NCBI GenBank assembly: GCA_013265495.1
Contig: MU058054.1
Coordinates: 248,001-312,000, forward strand
Direction: 5' to 3'
DNA length: 64,000 nt
Origin: Vicugna vicugna
Lineage: Eukaryota
Shown here: piece by piece, positions 14,481 to 24,899 of the stretch
Position numbering within the stretch: position 1 is the stretch's first letter
Layout of the letters: the number at the start of each line of letters is the position of its first letter
Position numbers and translations under genes: made by a program
Notes under the pieces: generated by a model
Seen by the model: the letters and a program-made list of their open reading frames with translations, nothing else
Told to the model about the DNA's origin: nothing
Databases searched by the model: none

Positions 14481-14532
14481 CCAGCCACACTCCCACCTCC
14501 ACAGCCCCAGGAAGTGACAGATTCACTTTTTT

Positions 14533-14538
14533 TTTATT
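14533..14538 (-). terminator. SKOR1: SKOR1 polyadenylation signal
   Basis: AATAAA on the minus strand about 680 nt after the stop codon, at the end of an AT-rich UTR segment. Confidence 0.7.
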
Positions 14539-15215
14539 ATTAAAAACAAAAGTCACGGATACAGGGTGGTCTCCCCAATCAAGGTGGTTTCCATCTTGTG
14601 AGTCAGTTGTCGCCCTTTTTAAAGTGCTGTTACATCAAGAGATTACAACAAAAAATAGACAAAGCAAAACCCAAGGGGGAATGCAAAATGGAGTTGGAAG
14701 TAGGTCCAGGAGAAGGAGGCAAAATAATTTATAGCATAAATAAATTAAAGTGAACCCAATACTGAACCAAGAGACTCACAGTACATTTATATCCATTGCA
14801 CATAGCCACTTTGTCGTTAGGAACAAGTTTCAGAAGTGGACGGGGCGGGGAGCGCGGGGCCAGAGAAGTTGCTACATTGTATTCACAATAGGGGTTCCGA
14901 AGCTGTAGGGGGGCCCCTCCCCTTTTTTTTACCCCCTTCGGTCCAGTTAACCCCATGAAGTCCGATGCCCCGGAGTTCAACCGTGGGGCGAGGTGATATT
15001 TACATTTGGAAATGAAGAAGGGGTCCTGGGCTGGGTCGCCCGGGAGGGGGCGGCCAAGGCCGAGGCGCCCGGGAGGAGAGCGGGCGGGCGGGAGGCTGTA
15101 TTTACATCGGTCCGGTCTGAATGGCTTGTATCTCGCTCTCGGCCGCCGCGGCCACAGGTATTTACAAGAAGAGAGCAGCATGGCTTGAGGGCGCGTGGGC
15201 GCGGTCGGGCCGGCC

Positions 15216-15310
15216 CTAGGGCAACAGCGGGGGCTTGAAGGAGCAGTTACCAGTGCAGTGCCGGGGCGTCAGCATCTTGCAGGAGAAGTGGTGCAGGGCG
15301 TCGTGGGCTT
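15216..15310 (-). CDS. SKOR1: SKOR1 last coding exon
   Basis: ccccag|AA GCC..; (E)AHDALHHFSCKMLTPRHCTGNCSFKPPLLP*, 95 nt, TAG at 15218-15216. Confidence 0.95.
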
Positions 15311-15821
15311 CTGGGGAGACAGCCGAGTTGGCCAGTTGCGCGCCTCGCCTGCCTTGCTTTGCCTCGCCTCACCCGAGCGGTACACGCGCCACCCCTCTAC
15401 CCGTCTATGAGGGTCTCACCCACCCGCTTCAGCCTCAGGAGCTCTCAAGGGAGCGGATCAGAAGATGGGAGGGCAGTGGAGAGATCCTGGCGATTCAGAA
15501 TCACTGCTCAGGTTCAACAGCTCCATTTTACAGAAGAGGAAACTGAGGCACAGTAAGATCAGCCCAAGACCAGATTTGGAAGCGATGACCGACTTCCCAA
15601 TGCCCAGAGCTCAAGGGCTCTTTCTCCCTAGCCCACCGTTCGAGAATCATTTCTCCATTAAAATCAATTCCCATTTCTCTCCTCTCAGCTTCTGATCCAT
15701 GTAGACCTGGCCTTCCCTTTTCACTAGCCACGTCGTGCATTCATTCATTCATTCATTCATTCATTCGCCGGCACAGCCAGCGCCTAGCACCCTTCCTATC
15801 TTTATCCCCCGGCTTCCGCAC

Positions 15822-15887
15822 CTTTTAATTTCTGCTGGATGGCATAGCGTGCCTTCCGCTCTTGGTCAAGTTCGTTACACAGAGTGT
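15822..15887 (-). CDS. SKOR1: SKOR1 coding exon (coiled coil)
   Basis: ttccag|..|gtgcgg, 66 nt, (D)TLCNELDQERKARYAIQQKLK. Confidence 0.95.
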
Positions 15888-16399
15888 CTGGAAGACATGG
15901 GAAGTAGCTGGTGAGGAAATGAGACCACTTTAGGGCCCATTGGGGTCACAGCCCGGGCCTCACCCTCTTCTCAGAGCTCAGCCCCTGGCAGAAACAAGTC
16001 CTGGGGACCGAGGGAGGGGGCGTCGAAGCTCCAAACTGCAGCTTGGCGGAGGGAGGAAATGGCCTGGGATGGCGCTTAAAGGCAGACGGATCTAACCAAA
16101 ATTAAAGCAAACTTAGGCATTACTTCCCAGGTAATTTTACGCCTCGATTTTTAATTTAGAAACCATGGAAATTGCCGCGATAAGAAGTTCAATCACTCCA
16201 TGTAATGATGCCTGCAAGCCGTTTGCTGGGCTCGCTTGCCATTCTGAGGCTAATCAGAGTATACAAAGGATATTAAATAAAAAAAATAATTGTTAAATTA
16301 CCTTCAATTTAAATCCAAATGACTGAGCCAACATTGCGGCTCCTGCCAGACGAGAGGCAGTTACGGCCCGTGCACGCGCTCACCTGACTCCCGTCTTAC

Positions 16400-16474
16400 C
16401 TCTGACAATTTGCAGCTGTTGCACCATTTCTTCTCGATAAGCCAATTCCCTCTTCATTTGATCCTGAAAATTAT
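16400..16474 (-). CDS. SKOR1: SKOR1 coding exon (coiled coil)
   Basis: gcacag|..|gtaaga, 75 nt, (D)NFQDQMKRELAYREEMVQQLQIVR. Confidence 0.95.
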
Positions 16475-16729
16475 CTGTGCAAATTGATTAAGTGAGAGCT
16501 GTTACGCACAGCCCCCTCCCTCGGTCCTATTTCCCCACTCCCCACTCCCCAGCCCCAGCCCCACCCCCTCCGTCGTTGGCCTAGCGGGTAACCCTGGGAA
16601 AGGGGGGAGTTCGGCGGCTCCGGCTGCGCGCGCAGCGGCAGATGCCTGCACGGGGGTCCTGGGGCGAGGCCGGGGCGTGCGGGAAGAAGGCTCTGGAGAT
16701 GAGGTTCGGGCGGGTCGGAATGGGGGTAC

Positions 16730-16804
16730 CTTTGAGACTCTGAAATTCTCGCTCCAGCTTCTTTCGGAGCTCCATTTGTTCCAGGAGCAGTTTTTGCAAT
16801 TCGT
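16730..16804 (-). CDS. SKOR1: SKOR1 coding exon (coiled coil)
   Basis: tcacag|..|gtaccc, 75 nt, (D)ELQKLLLEQMELRKKLEREFQSLK. Confidence 0.95.
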
Positions 16805-18158
16805 CTGTGAAGGGGCCAGAGTGGGAGGTAAAGGAGGAGGGTGGTGGGACTCAGGGGGGCCTATAAGGCAGCCAGGTCCTGTCCTGGCCGGCAGCCCTGA
16901 GATGGGAGCTGAGGAGGGTGGGACTGGATAGTGGAGACCCTCAGCAGTCAGTTTTTCTATCTGCATCCAAAAGATTTTGCGCAGGAAATGGGGTTAGGGG
17001 ATGAAGTTGCCCAGGAGAATCAAATTCAGGACAGCAGAACGCATGCTAGACTTCTAGGCCCTGGCCCCAGGCACTAACCAGCTTTGTATCCATTCTAAGT
17101 TGTTCCTAACTCACTAAACTTAGAGGTTGGCCCACAAAGACTCAGTTTACATCTTCAAATGACAGACCTAATCACTCCCTTCAACGATACAGACCAGGGA
17201 GAATCCAAAGTCTTGGACCCCCGCCCTGGAAAAATACACATATTCACCACAGTTTACAATTTCAAAAGGTCCCAGGACCCCACATCCATATTAAGAACCC
17301 TCATATACAGCACTAAGGATTTTGAAGGTAATTGCATAGACTGTAAACTCCATAATTAAGAAGAATGGAAGAGCAACAATGCTTCTCTCCCTCCTCACAC
17401 CAATTTCCAAGTCCAACCCCGGGTAGGGGGGGAATTGGGTGTGGAAAGCCTCGTGGATGCCCTCAAAAGCAGCTCCAAAGGAGTGGCAGGGAGCTGCCCT
17501 AACCATGGAGTAGTTGGTATCTGGGTCCTCCACATGGGGAGTTTCTCTGAGAAACCCTCCCTTGGCAGATGCTCCAAAAACAGAAAAATGGGAGACAGAA
17601 GAGCAAAGTGGGGTGAGAGGCTCCTCTTTCTGTGCCTCAAGCCATCCTCTTTCCCTTGCTTCACTCCTAGGATCCCATTCCACCAACAAGCTCCATCCTC
17701 ACCCCATTTAGGGTGGGGTGGAGTCATTCTGCATTAATTTCAGGGAAAAAAATTAACCTCTCAGACGTTCCTAAAGTAAATGCCTCCACAAAATCTTGCT
17801 ATTCAGAAAATGTCATGTTTTCCCATGAGGTTGAGAGACCCAGATTGTCCCGTCTGATTGTCCACATGCATCAAGTTCTGAGGATCATTACTCATTGCTC
17901 GTTCTCAGAAAGGCTCTTATCCAGAAAGTCTGGACCATGGGAACTCCAGGGTGGTTGACTCCCTCTCCCCTCCCCCTTACCCCCCCCCCACCTCTGTGCC
18001 AGGATAATGTGTCCAGGGGAGTACCCTTTTGGCTCAGTGAAGACTGATTTCCCCAGGAGCCTTGTTGTCTCACACTCCTACAGGAATAACACCCGCTACA
18101 AGAAGGCCCGGTCTCCCCCACGCACAGCATATACCCCATTTCACAGGGTTAACCTCAC

Positions 18159-18230
18159 CTCTGGCCAAGTTCTCGATATCTTTCTCCACTAGTTGAGTTC
18201 CCGTGACATCTAGGGTGAGTCCATCTTCAC
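18159..18230 (-). CDS. SKOR1: SKOR1 coding exon
   Basis: tcccag|..|gtgagg, 72 nt, (G)EDGLTLDVTGTQLVEKDIENLAR. Confidence 0.95.
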
Positions 18231-18765
18231 CTGGGACACAAGGGCAAGCGAGAGGGGTTTTCTCCTGAGCGAGGCCTTAGGAGCGGAACCGTGAGCTTCC
18301 TGGGAACTGCACTAATTTGGGGACCAATTTCAGACTCTGCCTTCAGAGAAGACAGTTACAGGCATCCAGTATTACCCACCTTTCAAGGCCTTATTTTAGG
18401 GGCTATAGCCAATATGTTAGAGAGTGACCCACTGGAGGAGAGTGGACCCAGGGAAAACAGGCTACCTTAGGGCAGGAAGTGCCCTTTGACCTGTTTTATG
18501 TGGGTGATGATGCTTATTTCCTTCCATTAAGCCTCCTTGCCTTACCCGGAAGATCCCCGAAGCCACCAAGGAGGTAAGCAACTCAGAAGGAGTGCCAGAA
18601 CCTTGCCCACGCTGTTTAAATATTTATCTGCCAGCCTCGAGAGGGGACCGGCAGCCCCTTAGGCTTGATGGGAAACCTTCCTCGCAAGCCGGAGCCAGTG
18701 CAAACCTGGGCGACCTGGGCTCTAGCTCTGGGGTGGGGGTGGTGCGTGAGGGTCCTAGGGCTCAC

Positions 18766-18873
18766 CTCGGTCTGTATTTGCGGGACTTGGCTGAGAGATA
18801 CTCCTTTGGTCTGGATAGGATTTCCTCGTTTCCAAATCGTCGGCGGTCGAATGATTGTCTTCCTTATCCGGCT
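18766..18873 (-). CDS. SKOR1: SKOR1 coding exon
   Basis: tttaag|..|gtgagc, 108 nt, (E)PDKEDNHSTADDLETRKSYPDQRSISQPSPANTDR. Confidence 0.93.
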
Positions 18874-19794
18874 CTTAAAGGCAATAAACCGAGTTTCAAG
18901 GAGAGGCAAAGAAACCGTGACCCCGATACGGCCAGAGCTGCCGCGGTCGGGGCGCCCGAGCCCTAATTAAAAGCTTCGTGGCCGCCGCTGGTTGCCGGCT
19001 GCGCGCCTGGGCCCGCACCCTCAGGCTTTGGGCCGGGCACCCCCCTCCTTCACGCGCGATCTGCTCATCTCCGGTTCCACGCCCCCTCCCCAGCCCCTCG
19101 GAAAAGAGCGAAACGAGCAGCCGAGCCCACCAGGGACGAGCGACCTACATCGCGCGCAGATACTGGGGCACCGCGAGCGCGCGTGGCCGCCAGGTCTACC
19201 TGCGCCAAGAACGCGGTCCAGGCGGCGACCCGCCGGGTAGCCTCAGCGGGGGAGACACCCTCCCGGGCTCGGCCTGCCCGGATTTCTGCGACCCTCAACC
19301 CCTCCTTTGAGAGCCATTGGGTCCCGCGCGCGCACGTGCTGGGCTACCGCCGCGTTGGGCTACAGCTACCACGGCGTTTCAGGGGTACCCAAGCGCGCCA
19401 CCAAGCGCCCCCACCTCCGCCCGGACCAGGCCTCACCACAGGGGAACTTGGGGCCAAAACACTTGCTAAATAAATGAAAGGACTTTAAAAGGGTGCCAGG
19501 AGTGTCTTTTAAAAGGTTTAACCCAGTGAATGAAGTGTACGTGAGCGGTGTCTGTGTTCTGGGGAGGGTGGTCTGTTGTTAAGTAACCAAACGATGCAAG
19601 TTATTGGGAGTCCTCGCTTAGCTTCCTTTTTCTTTCTCTGGTTTTCTTTCCCTCTCCCTCTTTCTCTCGTTTTCTCTGCTCTTTCTTTCCTCCTCCCGTT
19701 TTTCCTCGCAGGCCTCCCCTGGCCCCGGCCCTCTGCCCGCGGTCCTCCTATCACGGTTGTCCTACGACCTTGGCAGGGGGGCTGGGGGCGTTAC

Positions 19795-19885
19795 CGTGGG
19801 CCTCGGGGGTGCAGAGGTAGGAGGCCGCGGGCCCCAGCGCCGCCGCCGCGCTCTTCACGTGCTCGTCCCGCTCGGGCGCGTACAC
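19795..19885 (-). CDS. SKOR1: SKOR1 coding exon
   Basis: ccgcag|..|gtaacg, 91 nt, VYAPERDEHVKSAAAALGPAASYLCTPEAH. Confidence 0.95.
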
Positions 19886-20949
19886 CTGCGGCGGCCGAGA
19901 AATGACAGGCGGTTAGGAGGGCGGTTGGCGGAGTCTCGGTGCCGCCCAGCCCTGAACCGCGGCCGGAAGGAAACCTGAGGAGGTGACTGAGGTCAGTTTG
20001 CCCGCGGGACCGGAGCACCCCGGGCGGCCGTGACGCACGCGGCATAGCCCTGCGCCCTAGCCCTGCGCCCTCTGAGGCCGCATCACCACTGTAGATCCCG
20101 AGTAATTATTACCGCCCTCGAGAAAATTACCCGAAATACGAAGCGGCTTCCAAGCCAAAGGCTGCTGAAAGCCGCCCCCACCCTCTTTGCCGGCCTCCTT
20201 TTCGGCATCTTCCCTCCCGCCCGCGCCCAGTCCTCGGCATAAATGACTCCTTTAGCATGCGGCTAATGATTCCTATTTTAATGGACCGAATGGAAATGTA
20301 CAGGTGTGCGCACCCATTTTCAAACGGCCAACGATTCCAGCTTAGCAGCACACACACACACCCCACCGGAACCCGCGTCCCTGCCAACCCGAGATCCCCT
20401 CTTTCGCCCCGAAAACCGTCTCGACAGTTTTCTTCCAAGGAACCCTGAGGTTCCCAAGTTCGAAGAGACTCGGAAATCTACGACTTGGGTCAGAGGAAGC
20501 TTCCGGGTACCCTGTATTGCGGTTTGGGGGAAAGGCCGCCCTCTCCCCTCCTTTCCCGCTCATCTTCCCCTGAGCTCTGATCCCCATCCAGGCGGGCGTG
20601 CTACGCCCTTCTCGCTTTTCTCTGGCTTTTGGTCCCTTTCCCTCCTCCACTTTCTCCCTCCAGACCCATTGTATTTCTATCTGTCTCTGTGTGACAGCCT
20701 GTCTCTACCTGTCTCCCCATTCCCATCAACAAAAACACAGCACACACATTTCTATCTTATAAAACCCTCAGTCGGGGGGTCCATGGCACTCCCGAAGCTG
20801 GGCCTACCGAGAGCAGCCGGGGCCTACTGCTGTAACATCCGCTCAGAACTAAATTCCGGCTCCCCACCCGGCCAGGACTCGCCCCACATCCCCAAGCTGC
20901 CGAGGGATAAGCGAGGAGACACCACCAGCCGCAGGGGCGCGGGGCTCAC

Positions 20950-23148
20950 CTTGGCGGGCGCGGGGCCCCCCAGCGGCCCGCAAGGCTCTCGCAGCTCATA
21001 GCCGCCGCTCGGCGGGCTCGTCTCAGGTCTCCGCACCATGTCGTCGGTCGCCAGGTCCCCAAATGCGGACCGGCTGGTTGGGGGTAGCCCCGGGCGGCGC
21101 CGGGGGCGAGGGCTGCCGCCGTCGGGAGAGTCTGTGGGGCCGTCAGCGCCTGAAGAGGTGGTAGACGGGGGCCCTGCGGGCTGTTCGCCGTCCGGGCCGC
21201 CTCCTGTGCTGGGCGCGCCGGGCACTCCGGGCTCGCCCTCGTCCGGGGCTCCCTCGTCGTCGGGAAAGCGGTTGGACTCCACATCCACCTCGGGCTCGTC
21301 AGCAGTGTCCACGTCGGGGGAGGCGGAGTGGTAGCTTGAGCTGCCCTCGCTCAGAAAGTCTGGGCTCACGTAGCCGCCGCCGGCCCCTGCGCCCGGCCCG
21401 GGCCCACGAGCTGGCCCGCCCCCGTACGCGTCACGGGCGCTGCCGTAGAGCTTGGCAATGCTCTCGGCGTCCTTGACCACAGGCCGGAAGGCCGACACGT
21501 ACGAGCCTTTGCGTGTGGGCGGCGGGGGCGGCGGGGGCAGCGGAGCCAGCGGTGGCGGCAGCGCCTCGTCCGTGCCGTCCTCGTCCAGTGGCCCACGGGA
21601 CAGCGCGCTCGGGCAGCGCTCCTCTGCGCCCAGGCCTCCCTCCTTGGCTGGCTCGGCACCGTCCAGGGGCTCGGGGCCGCCGCCACCGGCAGCCGCCGCC
21701 GCCGCCGCCGCCGCCGCCGCTACGGCAGCCGCCACGGCCTTGGCCTGACTCTGCGCGGCAGGATAGGGCGGCACCGGGAGGCTGCCTGCCGCCGGCCAGA
21801 ACATGGGAAACGTCGGGTATACAGTGGCTGCAGCAGCTGCTGCAGCTACGGCCGCGGCGTCCTTGGCTGCCCCGGAGGGCTGGTGACCCCAGAACATGGC
21901 CCCGCCATTCGGGCCAGCCCCCGCCCCCGGCGGCAAGTGGCCGGTGCCTGGGCCGCCCGTGCCTCCGCCGGTGCCCCCACCCCCGCCGCTCCCAGTGCCT
22001 GGGCCGCCCTTGGGTTCGCCAGTGCCTAGCACGGGGTCGTCCTTCTTGGGGCAGAGGCCGAAGGCCGTGGGGAAGCCGTAGGGATGAGGGAAAAGCGGCG
22101 GGGGCAGCTTCTGCAAGAGGCCAAAGCCCTTGCTGGGCACTGGGATCACCGGGTAGCTGCGTACGCCCGCGCTGCCACCAGGCCCACCAGGGCCCGCGGG
22201 GCCGCCGGCTCCCGCCGCCAGACCGAGTCCCCGCTGCGGGTGGGGAGGAGGCGGCCCCGGAGGCCCACCGGCCTCATCCTCGCCACAGCGCAGGCTTTTG
22301 TGAGGCGGCGGGCCTGGGGCCATCTCCGCGCCGCACCCCGGGCCGCTGCCGCCGCCGCCCGCACCACCTTTCCCCTGCCCACCCGACCCGCCATTAGAGC
22401 CGCCGCCGCCGCCTCCTTGCAGAGAGAAGGTCCGCTTGCGGGTACCTCCATTGAACATGGCCTTTACGTCCTCCCAAGCGTGGCTCAGCTCGTCTGTGGC
22501 CGACTTGTCACTGAGTTTGAGGTGTCGGCGCCACGAGTTAAAGTTGGCTGCGTCGGGCTGCGTGTACTTGGCGTCGGGTGTGCGATGCGAGTGGAAGATG
22601 AACTTGTTAGGCGAGAAGTACATGCTGCAGTAACCGCATTTGATGCACTTGGCACGAGAGCTGTTGTAACGCGCGGGGATGAAGCTGCCACGCGAGCCCC
22701 AGGCGCACTCGTGCACCACATCGAAGGCGAAGTTCTCAGGCAGTTTGGGTGGCTTGTGCTCGCCCAGGAACGACTTACACAGGCGTTCGGCCTCGCGCTT
22801 CGTGATCATGCCGCAGCGTCGCGACGAGATGGGCATGGCCCCGGCCCGACGCAGAATCTCCAGCTGCACTGGCGTACACTGCACGCACGTGATGCCCAGG
22901 GCCACGCGGCGGTTGTGTATCTCATTGTAGCTGTAGTTCTTGAGGAGAGTGTTGGAGATCTGCGCCAGGCATAGGCGCTCCTGGCCGTCGATGACCAGAG
23001 ACACGATAGGCACCCCGTACAGCGACGTCTCGCCCACCTGGTTGGGTTTGAGAGCGCTGGAGCCCGAGTAGGGCTGCAGCTCCTGCTTGGAGTTGGGTGA
23101 GGAGTTGCCCTCGCGCCCCGGCCCCAGCTGAGTGGTGAGAGCCTCCAT
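20950..23148 (-). CDS. SKOR1: SKOR1 large coding exon: Ski/Sno (DHD) domain, SAND-like SMAD4-binding domain, Gly/Pro/Ala-rich region
   Basis: MEALTTQLGPGREG..GVPIVSLVIDGQERLCLAQISNTLL..CAWGSRGSFIP..CIKCGYCSMYFSPNKFIFHSH. Acceptor ttcgcag|GAGCGGCGGCATG (exon starts at 23158), donor AAG|gtgagc after 20950. 2199 coding nt. All downstream exon phases join into a 926-aa ORF. Confidence 0.97.
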
Positions 23149-23379
23149 GCCGCCGCTCCTGCGAAACAGAGAAAGTAGAGAGCCGATAAGCCATTTTCAG
23201 AGCCTCCGCGGCTCGGGTCCGCCCAGCAGGGCACGCCGAGTTCGGGGCGCGGAGAAACTTGGCAATGGGGAGTTCAAGCTCATTCGCCCCCTAGACGGGG
23301 GCTTTTTGTTATTTAGACATATGTTGGCACCGGAACAAAAGCCCGCGGGGTTTGGAGGAGGAGTAGGGGTAATTGAGAC

Positions 23380-23487
23380 CTCATGAATGCCCCCAGTAGC
23401 TAGGAACCCAATCCTGTTTTCGGATTGGGGAGAAGGTGGGGCCCAGAGACGGAAAGTGACTTGCCCAAGGCCACACAGCAAAGCCAT
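23380..23487 (-). other. SKOR1: SKOR1 alternative upstream exon segment (MALLCGLGQV..) within a MIR, out of frame with the main ORF
   Basis: ATG at 23487 gives MALLCGLGQVTFRLWAPPSPQSENRIGFLATGGIHE, then GAG|gtctca. Resembles the recalled N-terminus of human 965-aa SKOR1 and the MIR core (CTGTGTGGCCTTGGGCAAGTCACTT). Confidence 0.65.
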
Positions 23488-23763
23488 CGCGGAACCCAGG
23501 CTTCCTGGCACCCAGATCCGTGTGCCTTCGGCCACCCTCGCAGCCTACCCTACCCGCCCGGGTCCTGAAGCCCGGACTTCGGGGACAGGCCGCTCCTCTG
23601 CTCAGCCGCGCATGCACGCGGGCGGGAGGGGGCAGCGCAGGGAGGAATAGGGAGGGGGGAGGGGCGGTCACTGCCCATCTCCAGACGGCAGGGGGCGGGG
23701 CGGGGGGGCAAAGAGAAGAGGAGGGTCTAGAGGCCGTGAGGGAGGCGGGGAGAGGCTGAGGAG

Positions 23764-23784
23764 ACCGCTGTTCGCGGTGCTGAA
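23764..23784 (-). promoter_or_regulatory. RE1/NRSE (REST)-like site, canonical spacing
   Basis: TTCAGCACCGCGAACAGCGGT versus consensus TTCAGCACCnnGGACAGcgcc, one core mismatch. Confidence 0.6.
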
Positions 23785-24899
23785 CCCGACTCTCTTCAAA
23801 GCATGCCTTATGCGCCCAGCCCCAGAGCTGTCCCCACTGCACCCAGCTCCGTGCCAAGGCGGCTCCCCGGGATAACAGCTACTTTCCACAAACACTTGCT
23901 TCTCCTCCTACGCTCGGAGTCCCGCGTTCGTTGAGTAGAAAGATTCTGGCTGGAAGTGTAAACCGTTTTTGTTGTTTTTTTTTTCCCCAGCCATCAGTGG
24001 GATCAGGGTCAAGCAACTCCTAACCACATTTCCTGAATTTTCAGCTGCATTCCAGACCAAAGCTGGCTTCCCTCTGGGTCAGCACGTGGGACAGAGAGGT
24101 TCTCAAGGAAGTTTCTCAGAAGCCACTTCTCCTTTGCTTCTAGCCGCCCACTCCCTAAGTTTTCCTCCTTCAGGTATGCCTTTACCACTATGGCCAAATG
24201 CAGTCTCTCCAGACTCTGGGCTTCCTCTTTGAGGGAGGGGCCTCTCCTTTTTGAGTATCCTTCATTCCCGGCTGTCCTGATTCATATGGGCTGAGAGGAA
24301 TCCTGGATGGTCTCTGAAGCCACCAAAAGGCTCCATGTCAAAAGTTACCGCCGATCCCAAGCTTTGCTTTCTGGCTGAGGCCGGGAGATAGCCACGACCG
24401 AAGACATCAGCAGCGCGAGGACCTGGGGACTGATGCTTGGGGCCCCTAGGTGGCCCAGCCCCGCCACGTGTCCTCCGACACGGAAAGCTCCCATCCGGCC
24501 CATGGCTGCAGGTGCTCCTGCGGCCCAGGCAGCTCAGTCCTGACGACCCCTCCTCTAAACTCGGCAGCAAAGGCAAATCCATTTTCAGAGGGGCAGCTCC
24601 AGCAGGACAGGGGATCCGAGCTCAAAAGCCTCATCAAAGAGACTGGGATCTTCTGTCTCCCTACCTCCCTGTTTGTCTAGGTGCCCCTCATCTGTCGATC
24701 TTATCTATCCCTGAGCTGTCTGTCTCTCCCAGGTCTCTCCTCTTTCTCCCATCTGTCTTCATACCTTCTTCAAGTATCAAGCTATTTATTTGTTACCTGT
24801 CTGTTTCATCTTTATCTCCGTGGATCAAATTGAAACTAGTTGACCCTCCTTTTGCGTTGAAGTCCCCTTTAACATTTTAGAAAGTAAAAACGCTGTCCT

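Noticed and set aside
20045..20070. 13-bp tandem duplication TAGCCCTGCGCCC x2
   Set aside because: Simple intronic slippage with no evidence of function.
20824..20949. C-terminal tail (VSPAPLRLVV..) of the 774-aa ORF
   Set aside because: Read-through into the intron past the AAG|GTGAGC donor. The true frame continues at 19885.
21513..22974. Two ~295-aa ORFs antisense to SKOR1
   Set aside because: Expected shadow ORFs of a very GC-rich coding exon.
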